DNA of 52,052 nt, counting the filler, from Sphacelaria rigidula (lineage: Eukaryota): assembly GCA_964200075.2 (NCBI GenBank). It is 4 parts of 4 records of this genome, joined end to end, with 100 filler letters (N's around TTAATTAATTAA, not from the genome) between each part and the next. Parts side by side here need not be neighbours in the genome. Positions count along the whole stretch, not along the records: positions 39,118 to 52,052 come from CAXNAA020003287.1; 3 more parts are not named here. One strand, written 5' to 3'. The position numbers and the translations under genes are program-made. The notes beneath the pieces are model-generated. The model made no database searches and had not been told where the DNA came from. It saw only the letters and a list, made by a program, of their open reading frames with translations. Shown here piece by piece: positions 49,901-52,052 of this stretch; position 1 is the stretch's first letter; each line of letters begins with the position of its first letter.

Positions 49901-51835
49901 GATATAAAGAGTTCATCACAACATCATAAAGCTCGTTCGCCCGGCAGGGGGTGGTCACCGCCGAAGCAGCGACAAACTCTGCCTTCTGTTGTGCCCCACA
50001 TCACATCATCCCGCTCCAAAATGTTAATGTACTTTGCCGTTTACGTATGGGACGCGTTACCATCGCTCTGACAATCAGATAGAGTTGTTGCGTGATGTAC
50101 GTCGCCCTGGCGAAACCGGGTCGGTCAAGCGCGCAGTGTTGAGTCCTACAACCGGCAGTAGTCATCATCTACCGAAATACGGGGGGTTGCGGAGTGCCGT
50201 GCAAAAAAATACCAGTGCGATGCGGAGGGTTGAGGATAGTTGCTTTTGGTGGAGACGAATGCCTACAACACAGAAACAATCACAGAAACAATCGTGGCCA
50301 CGCATATGCCGCGCCTGATGTTTATTTCGTTCGTAAGTCACGGCCGGCACGAGATTGCCGTCATGTGACAGTTAAACAGTAACGGCGATTGATCCAGCGG
50401 TTGATATACTCATCCGTGTACGAAGGTGTCGTCACAAGCAGCAGAATGATGCATGGACCAAAAATCGTGCACCCTCCTCTCTTCACCATAGCAAAATGCT
50501 GTTGCACACCCACTGTTGTACACCCACGGGCGAGAAATTCTGTGACAGGCGCTGACGGCCGTGGAAGCTTCTTACGCTGCGTTTTCGATAAAGTTGTCGT
50601 CATTTTGATTTCAGACATCATTTGGGATACTCCGAAGGCTCGGAAAATAGAAAGTAGTATGGTGATGGTTATGGTTGAGGCCAGCGGATCAATGATATCA
50701 CCTATTTTTGTTCGATTTCTTGTTCGATTTCCGTCATCAGTTGATTCTATCTTGTACAGACACGCCTGGAGTACGTGGACAAGCACCCGCAACCGAAATG
50801 TGCAGTAGAGGGTTATAACATGGTGGATGGCTCCACTTTTGATTTTGTCACGGTCGCAGCCGGATGGCGACCTTGTAGCTCCCGATACAAGTTGTGAGAA
50901 TGCCAGGCCGAGATGGGTTTTCATGAGTCGAGAAATTTCGACTTGAAACCCCGTGGAATATATTACAGGCGGTAGAACTGCTGGTGCCATGAATGCGAGT
51001 GGGGGTTTCCTCCGTCATGCACACAAACGCACACATATGGAGGATAACACTCTCCCTCCTTCCCCGTGTACTGATGTTGCGCTATGACAACTACATGCAC
51101 TGCGCGCACGTACGCGCTCACGATTACTCAGACGTGGAGATGAAGCTCACACCACTTTCTTCCACCAAGTTTGGTTCGGGACGGCCGTCGGAGCAAGCTC
51201 ATGCGCTGGGGGATTTTATCAAGACTTCCATCATTGCGTGAGTTGCTTGAAACGCCGCTTCTCACCCTTACCAGGGCATACGTAAGGGGTCTTACTCGAG
51301 GAAGCATTTTGGCTTATCCGTCGTCTGTGGCCGGTCCATGCCGATATACGCTCGATGCACTCCAGCAAAACGCCGGTACATGCTTGATGCGCAATTCAGC
51401 TCTGATATTTTCCGCACCAACATACCTCCCCGCAGTTTCCAGGGTTCATGCATGGGGGTACCATGTACTGATATCAAGGATGCCGCTGCATGCACATGAC
51501 ATTTTCTCGCCCAAGCAGTCGTCGCAGCGTCCGACGAGCACAGTATGCCATACACTGATAACATCGTCCGCGACCAAACATCGTAGCTCTCCACATCGCC
51601 TTTGCTATCTTCATGTGCTTGTACTCTGATGGTATTAACAGCTCCGGAGCTTTGCTGTTGGAGAATCTTGGCATAGAATCCGGCGTACACGCATGGAAGC
51701 TTTGCATGGACATCGTTTGCTTGAGCTTTGACGGAAACCTGGCGGATGCAGGCCTGGTGGCAGCCATGGCAGCGCTAATGCGGTGTAAACTCCCTGCAAC
51801 ACGACAAATCGGCGATGAAGTATTCATTACCGACG
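40958..51835 (+). CDS. RRP43: Exosome complex component RRP43 / EXOSC8 (RNase PH family), 3' partial
   Basis: Exons 40958-41204, 51132-51237 and 51642-51835 (phases 1, 2). They encode MEVEAFQRLDPENFYRRFIKNGVRPDGR...SALVGLGSTKVLAGI, LTPLSSTKFGSGRPSEQA, and AWKLCMDIVCLSFDGNLADAGLVAAMAAL..KLP. Confidence 0.93.
43140..43379. mobile_element. Left part of the host MITE family also seen at 2376-4529
   Basis: Starts TAA|GGATCGTTATTAACAGGAC and is homologous to 2380-2485 and 3461-3510. Confidence 0.65.
43412..43817. repeat. Fold-back inverted repeat, ~185-bp arms, ~36-bp spacer
   Basis: 43412-43597 is the reverse complement of 43634-43817 with moderate divergence. Confidence 0.88.
44208..44640. repeat. 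Diverged tandem duplication of a ~220-bp unit
   Basis: TTGTATGCATTGG, TCTACAAGGCTTGGG and TCGCAACACGCTGC...GAACTGAGCT each occur twice in order. Confidence 0.85.
44862..44933. repeat. 72-nt near-perfect palindrome
   Basis: AACATTTTTCGATAGCCCAAGGTTATCAG ... CTGATAACTTTGGGCTATCGAAAAATGTT, 3 mismatches overall. Confidence 0.92.
45396..45745 (-). mobile_element. tRNA-derived SINE, full length
   Basis: Co-linear with 1760-2114. A box TGGCTCAGTTGG; degenerate B box GGTTTAAATC. Confidence 0.8.
45780..47690 (-). pseudogene. Decayed, apparently spliced transposase gene, KDZ (Kyakuja-Dileera-Zisupton)-like, antisense within RRP43 intron 1
   Basis: Ordered peptide relics across stops and frameshifts: CPK..ACLVCG; DYGYLTCDAC..LATFDNG; APFFIKLSEYNKV; DGFTVAIC..GCTHTVV..L; HVQDVSC; LVLDRH..C; TTTA.AFF. 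Acceptor-like sites at ~46781 and ~46317. Confidence 0.45.
49363..49397. repeat. (CTACA)n microsatellite
   Basis: Read directly. Confidence 0.9.
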
Positions 51836-52052
51836 GTGAGGATGATACACCGGACACCGAACACGTTTTGATGACAACGGTGGTCGTACCAATATTAATC
51901 GCAGTACTAATAGCACATTTATGTACGGTGATACTTAGTTTCCTACAGTTTATTCCCCCCTCCCCCCCCGTCCCTATGTATATATATATATATAGTGGCA
52001 TAATGTGTACTCTACAAGGAGGAACGGGACGTGCTAGAGGGGGAAATGCGGG

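Noticed and set aside
50361..50990. 209-aa minus-strand ORF in RRP43 intron 1
   Set aside because: No recognisable motif. It might belong to the decayed transposon, but this cannot be supported.

Overview
Eukaryotic, intron-rich genomic DNA. The GT-AG introns, repeat families and gene structure look like a brown alga (Phaeophyceae); this is inference, not a database result. The window is four contigs joined by three artificial 100-bp spacers (44 N + TTAATTAATTAA + 44 N). Spliced genes that can be reconstructed: (1) a PHD/zinc-knuckle/ePHD (PZP) chromatin reader, + strand, 8568-12237, 3' part lost at a gap; (2) a large minus-strand gene with a RanBP2/NZF zinc finger and a probable C-terminal beta-propeller, 19415 down to at least 15777; (3) head-to-head with it, a 3-exon 399-aa protein ending in a ubiquitin-like domain, 19677-23088; (4) CCR4-NOT subunit NOT3/CNOT3, 11 visible exons, 28051-37991, N-terminal exons missing; (5) an RGG-start gene, possibly Pol III C31, head-to-head with (6) exosome subunit RRP43/EXOSC8, 40958 to beyond 51835, whose first intron is 9.9 kb. 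Introns and intergenic DNA hold nested Harbinger/Tourist-like MITEs, tRNA-derived SINEs, a decayed LINE reverse transcriptase, several long palindromes and an apparent decayed, intron-containing KDZ-type transposase. The most unusual observations are an inverted 67-bp intron duplication just upstream of the last acceptor sites of two convergent genes, the NZF/Ubl divergent gene pair, and a ~70-aa insertion inside the PHD finger. No CRISPR array, rRNA or intact tRNA was seen.
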